Source: Trichomonas gallinae (lineage: Eukaryota). Taken from it: a DNA stretch of 32,851 nucleotides. The stretch spans positions 1-32,851 of the forward strand of contig MRSU01003575.1 in the NCBI GenBank assembly GCA_008369845.1, read 5' to 3'. The position numbers were made by a program, and so were the translations under genes. The notes beneath the pieces are model-generated. The model ran no database searches. It was given only the letters and a program-made list of their open reading frames with translations, and had not been told where the DNA came from. Shown one piece after another: positions 1 to 12,600 of this stretch (its first letter is position 1; each line of letters begins with the position of its first letter).

Positions 1-615
1 TTATGTCCATCTGATTAATATATGTAAGTTTCAGTTTAATTTGAAGAAATAAATTAATAATCAAAAATATTTTTGTAATTGTCATCATAAAAGCATTCCA
101 TAACCGGAATTTTCAAAATATTTAATTATTTAACTTGAAGACTTATAATTATCCGTAATATTCTCCTTGAAAATAAATTATCTCATGCAATGTGGAAGAC
201 CTGTCTTCATCAATATTCAACAAAGAGATAAGCATCATATGAACTTTTGGCCTTTACATTTTTCGATATGAAATATTCGAATTAAATAAGACGATTTGAA
301 ACCAGTTTTTGTAATTTTTGTGGATATTTCTACTACAAGGTCATATATATTGTGTTAAATCAGTGTTGAAATGAGATTCAATTTTATGAAAATTCGATGG
401 AGATCTAGAGACTTGGTCACGTTTGTGTAACCAGTATATTTATTTTAATGAATTCATATGATGCAATAATAAAGATGAATTAGATTTTGAAATTTCATAT
501 TTCAGGAATTTTGGAATTTTCTTTTTGCATTTGTTATAATTTCAGTCATGTTTCAACCGATGAAACAGTTGCGCGACAAAAATATTTTATAAATATTTAA
601 AACGAAAAATATCGT

Positions 616-3600
616 TTAAAGATTATCTTGAATATAAAGTCGCTTTGTTATTGGCGCTGACTCAAGATTTTCGGAGTCGCGGACAATAAAGACGACATCA
701 TGGACGCCTGGCGTTACATCAGCTGGAACATTCCAGAAGAAGCCAAGAGGCCTTTTCTGGCCTGTGTTAACTGTATTATAGATTCTGCGAACGGATTTAA
801 CTGGAAATTTAGAGCTCTTATCAACCTTAACAAATACATCAAGACTGTCATTTTCTTTGTCTTCAACGACAGCAAATCCAACAAGCTGCTCACCAATTGT
901 AGCAACTTTCTTGTTAACTCCTGCATTATAAAGCTTTGGAGGGTTGTATGGATTCAAGTAGAATGATAGTTGAACTTCATTAGATTTAACGTTAAGATCA
1001 TCTAATGAATAAACAACAATATTCCATGGTTGCTCTCTTGGAGTCACTTCAGGTGGGAAAGGTATTTCGTATGAAAAGCTTTGCGATTGATATGTCGCAA
1101 TTGTACCTAAATATTCAACTCTGCCTCTGTATTCACCTCCTATGACGAACTGATAGAAAATTGAGACTGATGATTCGTCTGTGAATGTGCCAGATAAATT
1201 AATTGTTTCTTGATTATGATATCTTTGCTTATTAATGCGTGCGGTTATTCTAGGCTGTTTTGTAACCGACACAAAACCATATATCCTATTTGAGTATAAT
1301 CTAGCGCCTTCTTCCAGGTCTTCTGCAATGCATTCATAAAAGAAAAATGGAGATAATTCTTCAGTGATTGTGATTTTCTCACGATGGGTATATGAACCTT
1401 TGTTAGTGTATGTGATAGATTTCTTAATGCCGTTAATTGATATATTGAGACGCATCTTCTCACTTTGATCGGCATCCTTAACCAAGATTTCAAGCTCAAT
1501 TTCATCACCTACCGCAATGTTGGATGGGAGGTATGTTTCATCGCTAATTCTTGGTCGTGTCTTAACTTTATCATGTGCGGCAAATGTGATAGCAAATGGA
1601 ATTTCTTCATCTGGATTCATGACCTTTGTCCATGAGAACCCGTACATAGCATTGACCCCAGTTAAGCTCTTAACATAAGTTGCATTGAAGAATGGGATTT
1701 GGTCAATTGGGATCTGGTTTTTCCCATCTCTTGGGACATTTTTGAGGAAGTATCTCATAACTGGTGGTGATTCTAAAATTCCTGTAGTGAAAATCGTGTA
1801 GTGGATATTCTTTGCTTCGTTTGTGACAATAATAGCGCTTTGATCTTGGTTCAGGCGAATGGCATTGTTATCATCTCCAGAAAAGTCCGAGTCCGCGAAA
1901 ATACCGAGCTCAAACTTCTTCGGGAAGTAGTTTTTGTTCGTGACTTTGAATGTGGGTTTCAAGTATCCGGTCGACTCCTCTGTTTCGATCTTGAACTCAA
2001 TCGTGAAGTTATCAGCTTCAACTTTGGTAGGTGAAAAGCGTGAGAACTTAATGATGCGTGTCTCATAAGGAAGTGTTCGATAGTCGGTGTCGGGATAAAC
2101 TCTGAACGCTGCGAAGTAGCCTTCGTCGTTGAATGTCATAGAGTTCTGAATCTTATTGGTGTCGATGTAACGTAAGTTGAACAGCGCGTTGCTACTACCT
2201 TTGATAGTTTCAGCGCTGACATCGATGATCCTGCCGATTTCTGATGGAGGAAGAGGCTGATTTGGATCCCAAATGAGGAATGATAAGGTTGTTGTTTCTT
2301 TTGACTTTCTCCCTGTTTCGTCTTCCAAAACAAGAGATAAGGTGTGGCGGCCTGTCTTCAATGAGTTGGCCTTAATAGGGATTATGAATGCAAACGTCTC
2401 AAGCCTATCTGACGAAATGAAAGTGGTGTAGTTATTATTTCCGTTTTGGTCGATTTGTGCCCAAACCGTGATAAGTTGGCTCGTATTTGGATCTGTTCCA
2501 TCACCGAAGACGACAAGCTCGTGATCTTCGTTGAAAATGACTCTTTCATCCGAAAGGAAGGCGTTTGAAATAGATGGCCTGTCTGGAGAGACGAGTGTGA
2601 AGTTATGTGTATCCTGGAATGATCGATGGCCATAATCGTCCTCAACCCAGAATTTCAAGATATGATACTTAAACATGCTAACATAATCAGGTATGGAAAT
2701 TGGATACATAAAGCTTTCATATCCAGCTGTATACGTGATAACTGGTTTAGGATCTTTATTGATTTTGCCATCATCAAATTGCCAGCAGAAAAATACTCGT
2801 TCTTCGTCATCAATTTTGCCTTCAATTGTTATAACTTCACCAGGATTGTAGTTATCACGGAGGAGAGTATGGTTTACATCTAATTTGGGTCTATCTGCTC
2901 CCACAGCGCGCAATGTTCCTTCAATTGGTTCTGATAAGATGCCGCTGCTGTCTTGTAGAAATGCTTTATATTGAAACTCTTGGCCCCTTGGCATTGGAAT
3001 TTCTTTATAATAGTAATCATAAATTATACCTCCATCATTTTTGGTATATTTCATCGTCTCAATTGTACCGTTGAGGCTTACGTTAAGCACGACCCAGTCT
3101 GAATCATAATCAAGAATTTCGAAATATATTGCTCCCACACCAATTATTTCTTCGCGATCCCATGTATAATCATATAGGAAAGGCTGCATAGCATTGTATT
3201 TGGTATCTGGGACAAGCACAAATCCATAATCTGAAGATGATAAACCTGCTGGGACTTCTTGGTCTTGCCATGAGAACGCAAATACTGTATCACTCGATGT
3301 TGTATCTTTAAATTGTTGTTTCCAAAACGGAAAAGCAATTTCAGGCGATTTATCTCTTGAATCTGGAAGATTGCCCAAGTAGATGGTATCAACAGAGTTA
3401 TACATTGAGCCGTTAACAATGAACATTGTATTTTTACCTTCTGGGCCCTTGATATAAAATGCTCTGTCGTTAAGAGATTTCAACAAAGAGTTTTGTTCAG
3501 TGCCATATGGATCTCCGAATACGCCAAGGTTAAATTTAAGTGGTCTGTCATATTGGAAGTTTTGAATTAAGAAATAAACTCTTTTTGTACCATATTCTGA

Positions 3601-3855
3601 TCTATCATCTTCATAGCGTAAAGACAATCTCCATTTGTCTGGTTCCTCTATCTCTTGGGCATTTCTCCATTTGAGAAAATGGTATGGACCTGGTTGATTA
3701 TCGTCACCGAATACGCGGAAAGCGACATATATACCAACGCCATTAGTTATGGAAGCCCCGTTGTAGGTTATATCGAACGCTGTTTTTGCTGGATCTGTTG
3801 GCGCTTGAATGCCAGCGGTCGCGGATGATGTAAATCCAACAAGTAAAGGTAGCAT
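616..3855 (-). CDS. Large secreted/surface protein (~1079 aa) made of two tandem halves, each a beta-rich domain plus Ig/cadherin-like repeats (trichomonad Bap-like/cadherin-like class)
   Basis: Long open frame. The first ATG is at 3855 (MLPLLVGFTSSA, signal-peptide-like); the track start at 3921 is a TTG in AT-rich upstream DNA. Paired motifs VAFRVF/AAFRVY, NLGVFGD/ELGIFAD and FAFSW/YGFSW, plus repeated 'D..G..S' Ig-like ends. No C-terminal TM segment. Family assignment is from pattern recall only. Confidence 0.7.
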   Translation of the reverse strand: MLPLLVGFTSSATAGIQAPTDPAKTAFDITYNGASITNGVGIYVAFRVFGDDNQPGPYHFLKWRNAQEIEEPDKWRLSLRYEDDRSEYGTKRVYFLIQNFQYDRPLKFNLGVFGDPYGTEQNSLLKSLNDRAFYIKGPEGKNTMFIVNGSMYNSVDTIYLGNLPDSRDKSPEIAFPFWKQQFKDTTSSDTVFAFSWQDQEVPAGLSSSDYGFVLVPDTKYNAMQPFLYDYTWDREEIIGVGAIYFEILDYDSDWVVLNVSLNGTIETMKYTKNDGGIIYDYYYKEIPMPRGQEFQYKAFLQDSSGILSEPIEGTLRAVGADRPKLDVNHTLLRDNYNPGEVITIEGKIDDEERVFFCWQFDDGKINKDPKPVITYTAGYESFMYPISIPDYVSMFKYHILKFWVEDDYGHRSFQDTHNFTLVSPDRPSISNAFLSDERVIFNEDHELVVFGDGTDPNTSQLITVWAQIDQNGNNNYTTFISSDRLETFAFIIPIKANSLKTGRHTLSLVLEDETGRKSKETTTLSFLIWDPNQPLPPSEIGRIIDVSAETIKGSSNALFNLRYIDTNKIQNSMTFNDEGYFAAFRVYPDTDYRTLPYETRIIKFSRFSPTKVEADNFTIEFKIETEESTGYLKPTFKVTNKNYFPKKFELGIFADSDFSGDDNNAIRLNQDQSAIIVTNEAKNIHYTIFTTGILESPPVMRYFLKNVPRDGKNQIPIDQIPFFNATYVKSLTGVNAMYGFSWTKVMNPDEEIPFAITFAAHDKVKTRPRISDETYLPSNIAVGDEIELEILVKDADQSEKMRLNISINGIKKSITYTNKGSYTHREKITITEELSPFFFYECIAEDLEEGARLYSNRIYGFVSVTKQPRITARINKQRYHNQETINLSGTFTDESSVSIFYQFVIGGEYRGRVEYLGTIATYQSQSFSYEIPFPPEVTPREQPWNIVVYSLDDLNVKSNEVQLSFYLNPYNPPKLYNAGVNKKVATIGEQLVGFAVVEDKENDSLDVFVKVDKSSKFPVKSVRRIYNTVNTGQKRPLGFFWNVPADVTPGVHDVVFIVRDSENLESAPITKRLYIQDNL

Positions 3856-4899
3856 GATTTGAATTTTGTTTTTTGGGTTTAAAATTAAATAAAAATTGAA
3901 TGATTTTGGCTGTAATTTCAAAAAAACAAGTAAATAAGTGTTATATTATAATAATTCAACGACCGATTTCATGACAGTTTTGACAAAAATTATAAGAAAA
4001 GTTTAAATAAATAACAGAAATATTTGTGTAATAATAATGGAATATTTATGATTTTTAAGAGATGAAATGTATAAACGTTTGATCAGAGAATGTCAAAAAA
4101 AAAATGATCATAAGTAGGATACAGAAAAATGACTTTTATATAAATCCAAGAAAAAATTTTATGTAAATTTACGATAGATTCAAATAAAAATTTGAGAACA
4201 TTTTCTGAATTCGAATAATCATAAAATTAAAAAGAATGAATATTGTAGATAATAATTGGCGAAAAATAAAAAACTATAAAATGTCGCTTTTATGGGCTGT
4301 CATACATTCAACAAGTCGTTTATTGTCGTTCGAATTCATTGATAAGAGAAGTAATCACCGATTCATAAGTTAAATTTAACAATTTCGCTATTATTTTCTC
4401 GAAGATTTTTTAATATCTACCTTGTGGTTGATTTTATTTCACATAATTATGGAAAACACATTCTATAACATTAATTTTATGTTTAAACGATTTAATCAAT
4501 TTTACATTTCGAATAAAATTATTTTACGATTGTCTCACATTCAATGGTTTCTTATTATAACGTTGTGACAATATTGAAAATGTAAATTATGGTAAAAAAT
4601 ATTTGGAAATTAGTGAGGAAAAAAACATTTTTCGCCATTTCGCTCACAAATTTGATTCTCTAGTCATACTAAAGCCCCCAAAAAAATATATGATCTTCCG
4701 AAATCCGAAATAGCATCATAAAAAACGGCAAATTATTGTATAATTTAAATAAAAATTAACAAAAAACGTTATTTCATGAAAATGAAAAAAGATATAGGGC
4801 AAATAAATAAGACAATATATCACAATTTATGCATAAATTTTATATTTAATGCAAGAATTTAAAAAAATATTGATTTATGACTCAGATTTGATCAATTTT

Positions 4900-6100
4900 G
4901 CTGGTCATACTCTCGTGATGCTTAAAAATGAAAAGATGTTAATCTATTGAGTAAACAAAGATCATTTAACGATTCCTGTATCAATATAAGAAATATCAAA
5001 ATGATATTTAGATCAACAAAAGAAAATTCGTATACATGCTATTTATTAATACCTCGTATCTTGTTTTGATGCTGTTAAGATAATGAATTATATGATCAAT
5101 TCTTTCTTTGGGAAATTTACTGCTCATCTTACCATTAATGCAGGCAAAATATATTTCGGTACCATTTATGATATTGTAGTTGGCATCGATAGTATATTAG
5201 GATAAGATCGCAGTTCCTTTAAAAGAGGAATCAATGATTATTTTGAATAAATAATTTTTTCGTATGAACATGATTGTAAGAGGATTGTATTGGAGTTTTA
5301 TTTGGTATCATCTTTCTCTTTCAGACTCGAAGTATGAAATTTCAAGAATGAATTTCACCTTTTTCCTGGCTGCAAGCTATGTATACTACTATAACTCGTT
5401 TCATGTCAAAGCTCGGCAATCTTTTCTTTCTTAACAGGCCTACTTTGTATCAAGATATGTATAGAACTGAACTAAAGTGCAAAATTAGGGGCCAATTGGT
5501 GTCTTTCCCATAATTATTTTCTCGAAGATAAATCGGTGTTTTAAGAGTGGAAATATACATAGATTCCTTTGTTTCTATCATGAAATCCCAAATTAATTGG
5601 TGAATTTAATAGAATTTGAAGATCTTTGGTTATCATTGAGCTATTATGCAATTTAGGATGAGAAGGAGTTTTATTACTAACTTGAACTTTGAACAATGCT
5701 CTCACAAAATTGATCGAGAAATTAAAAATTTGTGTTTAAGGATCTCATCTTATGAATGCGATTCATAATGAGTCTGCTCCATTAAGACACAACTCAATTC
5801 ATGTTATAGTTTTATAAAACCAAAGTTGAACGAAGAAACAGAGCAAATCACAGAAAAAAAGCAGCCAACAACAGGTAATGACACAATATTAGGCACAATA
5901 AGATGGTTGTCCGCTATTATACTTCTTGCTTTTGTGTCTATGTCGCTTGGCGCTCCAAATATTTCCCCAAACTTGATTGATCCATTCGTTTCAGACTTTA
6001 ACGATCTAAAGCAAAACAGATCAGAAATACACAATCTTCAAGAAGCTCGAACACTCGCCTTCAGAAATCAATTCTTGCCTATTAAAATTTTATAATGCCA
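4900..6100. pseudogene. Probable degenerate coding remnant (strand and family unresolved)
   Basis: Visibly more GC-rich and complex than the flanking intergenic DNA. Several 60-90 codon stop-free stretches: minus 5008-5196, minus 5541-5735, minus 5804-6034 and plus 5826-6095. They are broken by stops and frameshifts, and no family motif was recognised. Confidence 0.3.
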
Positions 6101-6604
6101 AAAAAATCTTTGGAATTTTAGACCATTTTTGCTATAAATAGTTCCCTTTATATATAGACAATAGAAATTGATATTTATTATTCATGATTAGCATTTCCTT
6201 CTCTTAAAATCATGAAATTTCCTTCAAAATGGATATAAATATAGATAATAATACCAAATATATAAAAATAAACAATATTGAATAATTTACAATAGTTATC
6301 AAAAGCAACAATTAGCTTTAAAAATATGTAATTATTATAATTATGTAAAAATAATAAATCAATAGTTTATTTCGTAAACTATTCAAAAATATTTAATCTT
6401 TTAAAATGAAAATTAGCTTATTTATAGTATTATATTTGTAATTTCCATTTTTCAAAAAGTGACATTTTCGTTTTGAAATAAAAGTTGTAACAATGCATTA
6501 AATGTGATAATAAACATATTTCTTAACAAAAACTGGAAATCAATGGATGTAATAAATTAAAAACTCTTTTTTTTATAAGTTTAAGTGACAAAACTTAATA
6601 AAAA

Positions 6605-9600
6605 ATGCTCCCATTCCCTTATCAAAGATGGAATAACCCATTCGAGTTGATTAGGGATGGGAATTTCGATAATTGGAAGAAAATTCATGATGAATTGTTA
6701 AAAAATCTTGGCCAACACTTTCTGACGCTTAAAGAATCGCAGCTGACGACAATTTTCAGCGAGTGGGAAGGAGGCCTGCACTTAAGAAAGCAAAGCGAGA
6801 ACAATGTGAGCCAGTTATCTTGTTTATTAGTTGTATCTATTCTATATTACTTCAGAAGGTCGTTTGAACACCTTAAAGCTTATTATCCAATCGTAAAACA
6901 ACTGCAAAGCAGCTTAGATCGCAATATTGCCAAAGCATCTTGCGTTGTTATGAAATTAATCGGTAAAATATCAGCAGATAATCAACCGTTTTTACGCGAA
7001 TCGCTCGAAATAGCCAAGAAATTTCTGTCCGTGAAGCAGAGAAATACATATTCGTTCAACGCTGTGTTAATATTAAAAATCATCGGAAAATTTTTACCTA
7101 CTGACTTTTTCAACGTTACTTCTTATCATATACCAGAGGTTTGGACTGCTATATGCTCCACTGACAGTGAATTCCGAAATAACGCGGTTAAAGTCATGAT
7201 CAAACATTTCACACTATTAGACAGTACAACAACATTTTCTTTTGGAAAATCCGTATACATGGATTCTATAGACACGATTAATACATATATTCAAAATCCA
7301 ATCGGAATCTTGCAAATATTGGAATGTATATATTCGCTTGCACCAGCAATTTTACAGATTAATCAGCTTTTTAATACGATTATGAATGCGGCATCGCACA
7401 ATACTGAATATATTATAGCTTCTACATCACTTTTTTGCAAAATCATACAAGACAGTCCATCATATTTTTCATCTAACATATGCCATGCGTATGTGAATCA
7501 AACATTTTCGTTTCTACAACATCCTAACTGCAAAAGACAAATTATATTAAATCTCATGGCAATTCTTAAAGCTATACCCAGAGAATATGCTCTAGTACAA
7601 GAAATAGGTTTAGAATGTCGTAAAATCATACAAAATCATTCATTAATTGACAATCAAATTTTAGTTTACGAATTATTATACTTTATAATAGAGAATTTCT
7701 CGGAATTTACGATTCCAAGTAATATGCTGACACTATCAACTCCATCTACATGGCTCATCAAAGTCACAGCTCGTGTTTTTAACAATGCTTATGATATGAA
7801 AACGCGAATCCTTGAATGGTATGATCGCGGCATCAATAAATCAGCTCCAGTCAAGGATGTAACCATAGCTCTTCAAATATTAATCGAATTCAAATCGTAT
7901 TTTTTCGAGAATCATATAAATCTTGTCGAAAGCCTTCGCCACATCCTTTTCAACCAAAACGACACAGTCAGGATGCTATTAGCAGACGCTCTGCTTACTA
8001 TAGGAACCCAACAAGCCATAATTATGCTAATAAGATTATCAGTTTTCGATAAAAGCGAGCCAGTACGCTTATACGCCATCAAAACTCTCGCAAAAGTAAC
8101 CATTGGCACAAACATCGACGGATTGGCCAATGTTCTGGCTGATTCGTCTTATACAGTAAGAAATTGCGGAATTCCGGTCCTTGCTAAAACGTTTGAAATC
8201 AATCCGCTGGCTTCCCACCCCATCATCGCCCACTTCATCACCACGTTCGTCCAGTCGACGATTCACGAACATGATATGCAGAAACTCTCAGAAGCATGTT
8301 CGATTTTGCCTGCGGTTGCTAAATACTTCGTGAAAATCGTGCCATCGAGCATAGACGATGTAATATGGCTGTGCGTTGTGTTGCTATTGAACGGGATGCC
8401 TTTTCCGAATCAATATGGCGAAGTTGACGAAATCTTACCTCATCCTGCGAACTTTCCGGCTGAAGACATAAGAAATAGGCTTCGTGTTGACATGCTCAAT
8501 AACTATTCTCTAGGATTTCTGAGATTGGAGTCGTTTTCTGAAAAAGATGTAATATTAAGAAGAATATTCCTTATTGAAGGCGAAACTTGGTCTGAAACTC
8601 GTGATGCGTCACTATTCAGGACGTTAAGCGTACTTGCGCCATACGTTGTCCCTTATACTTTGCAAGTTGTTCCAATTTTCATCAACACTTTCAAGAATAA
8701 CCACAAAGAGCGTGTTTATATAGCTGCTATTGATGCTCTGACCAACATAACAATCGCTTTTAACGCAAGAGTCAACTTTTGCACGTATTTCCCTGATTTT
8801 CTTCCCTCTTTGATGAATCTGCTTTCAGAGAGACATTCTGACAAGGTAGCCATAGCTGTCTTGAAGCTTATAGGCACAATCGGCCCTTCAGGCAAGCGAA
8901 TTCTCAACCTATCAATAGAATCGAAAAATGATGAATACAAACCAGCAATTAAAGCTCCAAACTACTTCACAAAGATAACACTCAGCTTCCTCTTGAAGCT
9001 CTTAAAGCAGCCTTCTCCATCTACCCTTATTGCGATCACAAGAATAATATTAGAAGATCCAAAGAGTGTTTTGCCAAATCTAGGCCAGATAATTACAGCT
9101 TTTGTGCAGTCATTCAAGATTACTGAGAATCCAGCCAGTTTATTCGTTCTTTTGGACAATATCGCTTTTCATGCCAAGTCACATATGCTTCCTTACGTAG
9201 AACAACTGATGCCGATGCTCATATACAACATACATGACATATCCTGCATGTCATTAATTGCCACTCTGTCGACAAGAATCGGATATGATTTCACTCCTTA
9301 CGCAGCTGTTTTGTTTCCTAACGCTACTCGACTGATTACGTCACGCGATATTGTTTTCTTGAAAGTTTTGCTCGTTTTTCTTGTATCATCAATTGTATAT
9401 CAAAAACAATCAGCTTCGACTTTAATTGATGTCATCGAACAGCGAATCTCTCTCAAGAAAGACGGCGAAGACCAGTTTATTCAGTTGATTATGAATAAAT
9501 TATGCACGTTATTGCAATCCAGGTCTGTTAACCTTGAAGGTGGCAGAATATTGCAGATGTGCTTCAATTTGGCCTTGTCAGGAAAAGCAAAACTCGTTGA

Positions 9601-12600
9601 CGAATTATTAATTAATTTATGTTTCTTCGCAAACGTTTCGTTACAAGACGTCAGGGACTTCTCCGAGTGCTGCGACATTGTCTTCCCCAAGTTCTTAGAG
9701 TTCTACGGGCCAAACAAAGAAAAAAGGCCTTCGATTTCGCCGAAAGAACGAAATCTTAAGTCAAAGAAGCCAGACACATCGAATTTGTTACTATATGAAT
9801 ACAAAGATGACTGTCTAAATGATTGTCCTGAACCAGTTTTCAATCAGCAAAGAAAATGGTTGGACGATTTAAGTGTTTTGTTGATTACAAACTGTCCATC
9901 ATTTGCTATAAGAGGTTCTATAGCCGTCGCTTTACAATACAGAGCATTTAAGAACGAAATTTTCCCTTATGCGTTCTTAAGCTGCTGGTTGGAGTCTTCT
10001 AGAGAAGCTAAGGCGAAGGTAGCGAGGACAATACAAACAGCGACGCAAATCTACAAAGATTTGGACCCAATTGTTTTCGATTTACTCGGAACATTGACAA
10101 TGGTCGGCGAATCCATAGATATTCCAGACGATATTCTATCAGAGGCCTCTTCATCAACACCTCTCAGCCTGTTTTACATGATGAGACACTTCAGAAGTCA
10201 TCAAAACGATAAAGACATAATCGAGAGAATGTTGAGTATATATGTTAGAATGCGAATGAGCGACTCTGCCAGAGGATTGCTGCTGAGGACAGGCGACAAC
10301 ATAGGCAGAGAGAGCGAGGCCAAGTGGAGCGAGCAGCTGGGCGAATACGAGAAAGCGTTAGAGTTATATGACATGCCTAAGAATATTTTGGGTCAGATAA
10401 GAATCTACTCTAAACTAGAACAGTGGGATACAATAAGAGGATTCTATGAAACATTTCCAGATATGAATGAAGATGATAAACAAAACGCTGCAATTTACTT
10501 CGCGCAATCTTTCTTCTACGGCGGTGATTCGTCTAAAGTAGACTGTCTCACTGACTACTTCAAGAACAACTACGACTTCGCGTCGATTCATTTTAAGTCT
10601 GTCTACTATATATCTACTGGAAACTACGCGGCAGCTGAAAAAGAGATCGCAATCGGATTCAACAAATTAGTCGAGAACAGGTCAATATACGGCGGAAATG
10701 ACACGAACCTGGCAATGCAGCACATGGAATTCGCGCACCAACTGGTAGAACTCGCCGAAACATTGGAGTTAAAGAAAAGTGGTGGTAAAAACGTGCCACA
10801 GATTTGGCAAAACCGTTTAGTCGCATTTTCTGAAGAATCCGATGCATGGCTATCATTGATCAAGACGAGATCTCTTGTTGTTTCTCCAGCTGACCATATC
10901 AACACTTGCATTAAGATGCTGAGCGTTTTGAGGAAGGAGCACAAATTTAGAGCAATTGATTCTTATGTACAGAGATTGTCAACAATCCAAAACTCTCCAC
11001 AGTTTATCATTAACGCGTTGAAAGTTTTATGGGCAAGGGGAGAGAGAACAAAAGCAATCGACAGTGTCTGTTATCTAACACGCTGCATAACAATAGCTAA
11101 TGACGAAGAATTGATCGAGTTAATCAATTCAGAAGAATTCAAGATGCACGAGCAAGATCTCCAATTTTTGACGCCATTCATTGAAGCTGGAAATGTTTCA
11201 CACAAGACATATGTAGAGTACATGAATGCACACGGTGTCGACGATGCCATGAGAGCGAGAATTATAAGGATAGCAGCAACGTGGCAGTACAACCTTTACA
11301 AGGCGAACACTTCATCTGTCACTTCTCTTTCGAACATTTTGTCGAGCTTCCAGAGATCGAACAGACTCAATCCCAAGGACTACAGGACATGGGCTGGCAT
11401 GGCATACGCGACAAGCAGAGCTCTATCACACAGTGAAGAGAAAGTCTCTGAATACGCCATAGAAGCAATCACTGGATTTTTAGAGGCGACTAAACTAAAG
11501 CCAAGCTTTTCACTCGAGTATCTATGCCTCATGTTCTCAATACTATTCAGATATGGTGAGTTCATCCAACTACCTGACAGCGTGGAGGAACAAATAATCA
11601 ATCTACCGCCGTCAATTGTCATACAGATCGTTCCGCAGATTGTTGCGCACGTTACACACAAAGAAGAATCAATCAGAAGAATCGTTCACTCAATCATAAC
11701 AAAATTCGCCAGCCAGCATTTCGAAGCTGTAGTTTTCGCGCTCAATATATTATCTTATCTCAAGGATGAATCCAAGGCAACAATAGTAAGAGATTTATTG
11801 AATTCCCTTGGCTCACTTCACACGAATGTTTTTGCTGATGCAAAACTGTTTATTACTGGAATGAGAGGCGCTGCAGTTTCTCTCGCTGAGACATTGATTG
11901 CATTGATTAACAGAGCGACTCAATCTAAATCTCAGGACGAATACAAGTCGACAATCAAAGACATTATATCTGTCGCTCAGAGTCCGAAATGCGAACACGA
12001 CAGACTCGCGATGCGGATCTGCCAAAACTGCATACAAAAAGTCCAGAATGCATACAGGCAAATGTCAAACAACGAAAGAGACTCAGGAAGAATGATGTAC
12101 GACAACATGATGCAATTGTATGTTGAACTAGAAAATGGACTCAAGAAATTAGACACTGTTTCTCTCGCGAAATTCTCGGAAAGTTTAGCAGCAAAACGCC
12201 ACTTTTCTTTGGTTGTTCCAGGCCAATATACTGTTGAGCACACCGGCCCGAAGATACATTACATAGACCCGACTTTGCATGTCTTAAACACAGCTCAGCA
12301 TCCTAGAAGCACGCATTTAGTCGACGAGTCTGGCAAAAAGTGGAAATTCTTGTTGAAAGGCAACGAAGATTTGAGGCTCGATCAGAGAATCATGCAGTTC
12401 TTTTCTTTGTTAAATTCGCTGATAAGGACAAACAGGCTGACTTCTGATTTCGGAGTGACAATCGAGCAGTACGCGATCATTCCTTTCGCTCCAGACGCGG
12501 GCTTAGTTACTTGGGTTACCGGCGCCGACACTTTGCTACAAGTCGTCTACGATTTCAGGAACGAGAGAGGAATCAGACCGACATTCGAACAGGAAGTTGT

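Noticed and set aside
3856..3921. N-terminal extension of the 1101-aa ORF from a TTG start
   Set aside because: Eukaryotic context. The extension is AT-rich promoter-like DNA, and the ATG at 3855 gives a signal-peptide-like N-terminus.
4391..5529. 16-bp direct repeat TTATTTTCTCGAAGAT at about 4391 and 5514
   Set aside because: Short, AT-rich, and does not extend or delimit a recognisable element.
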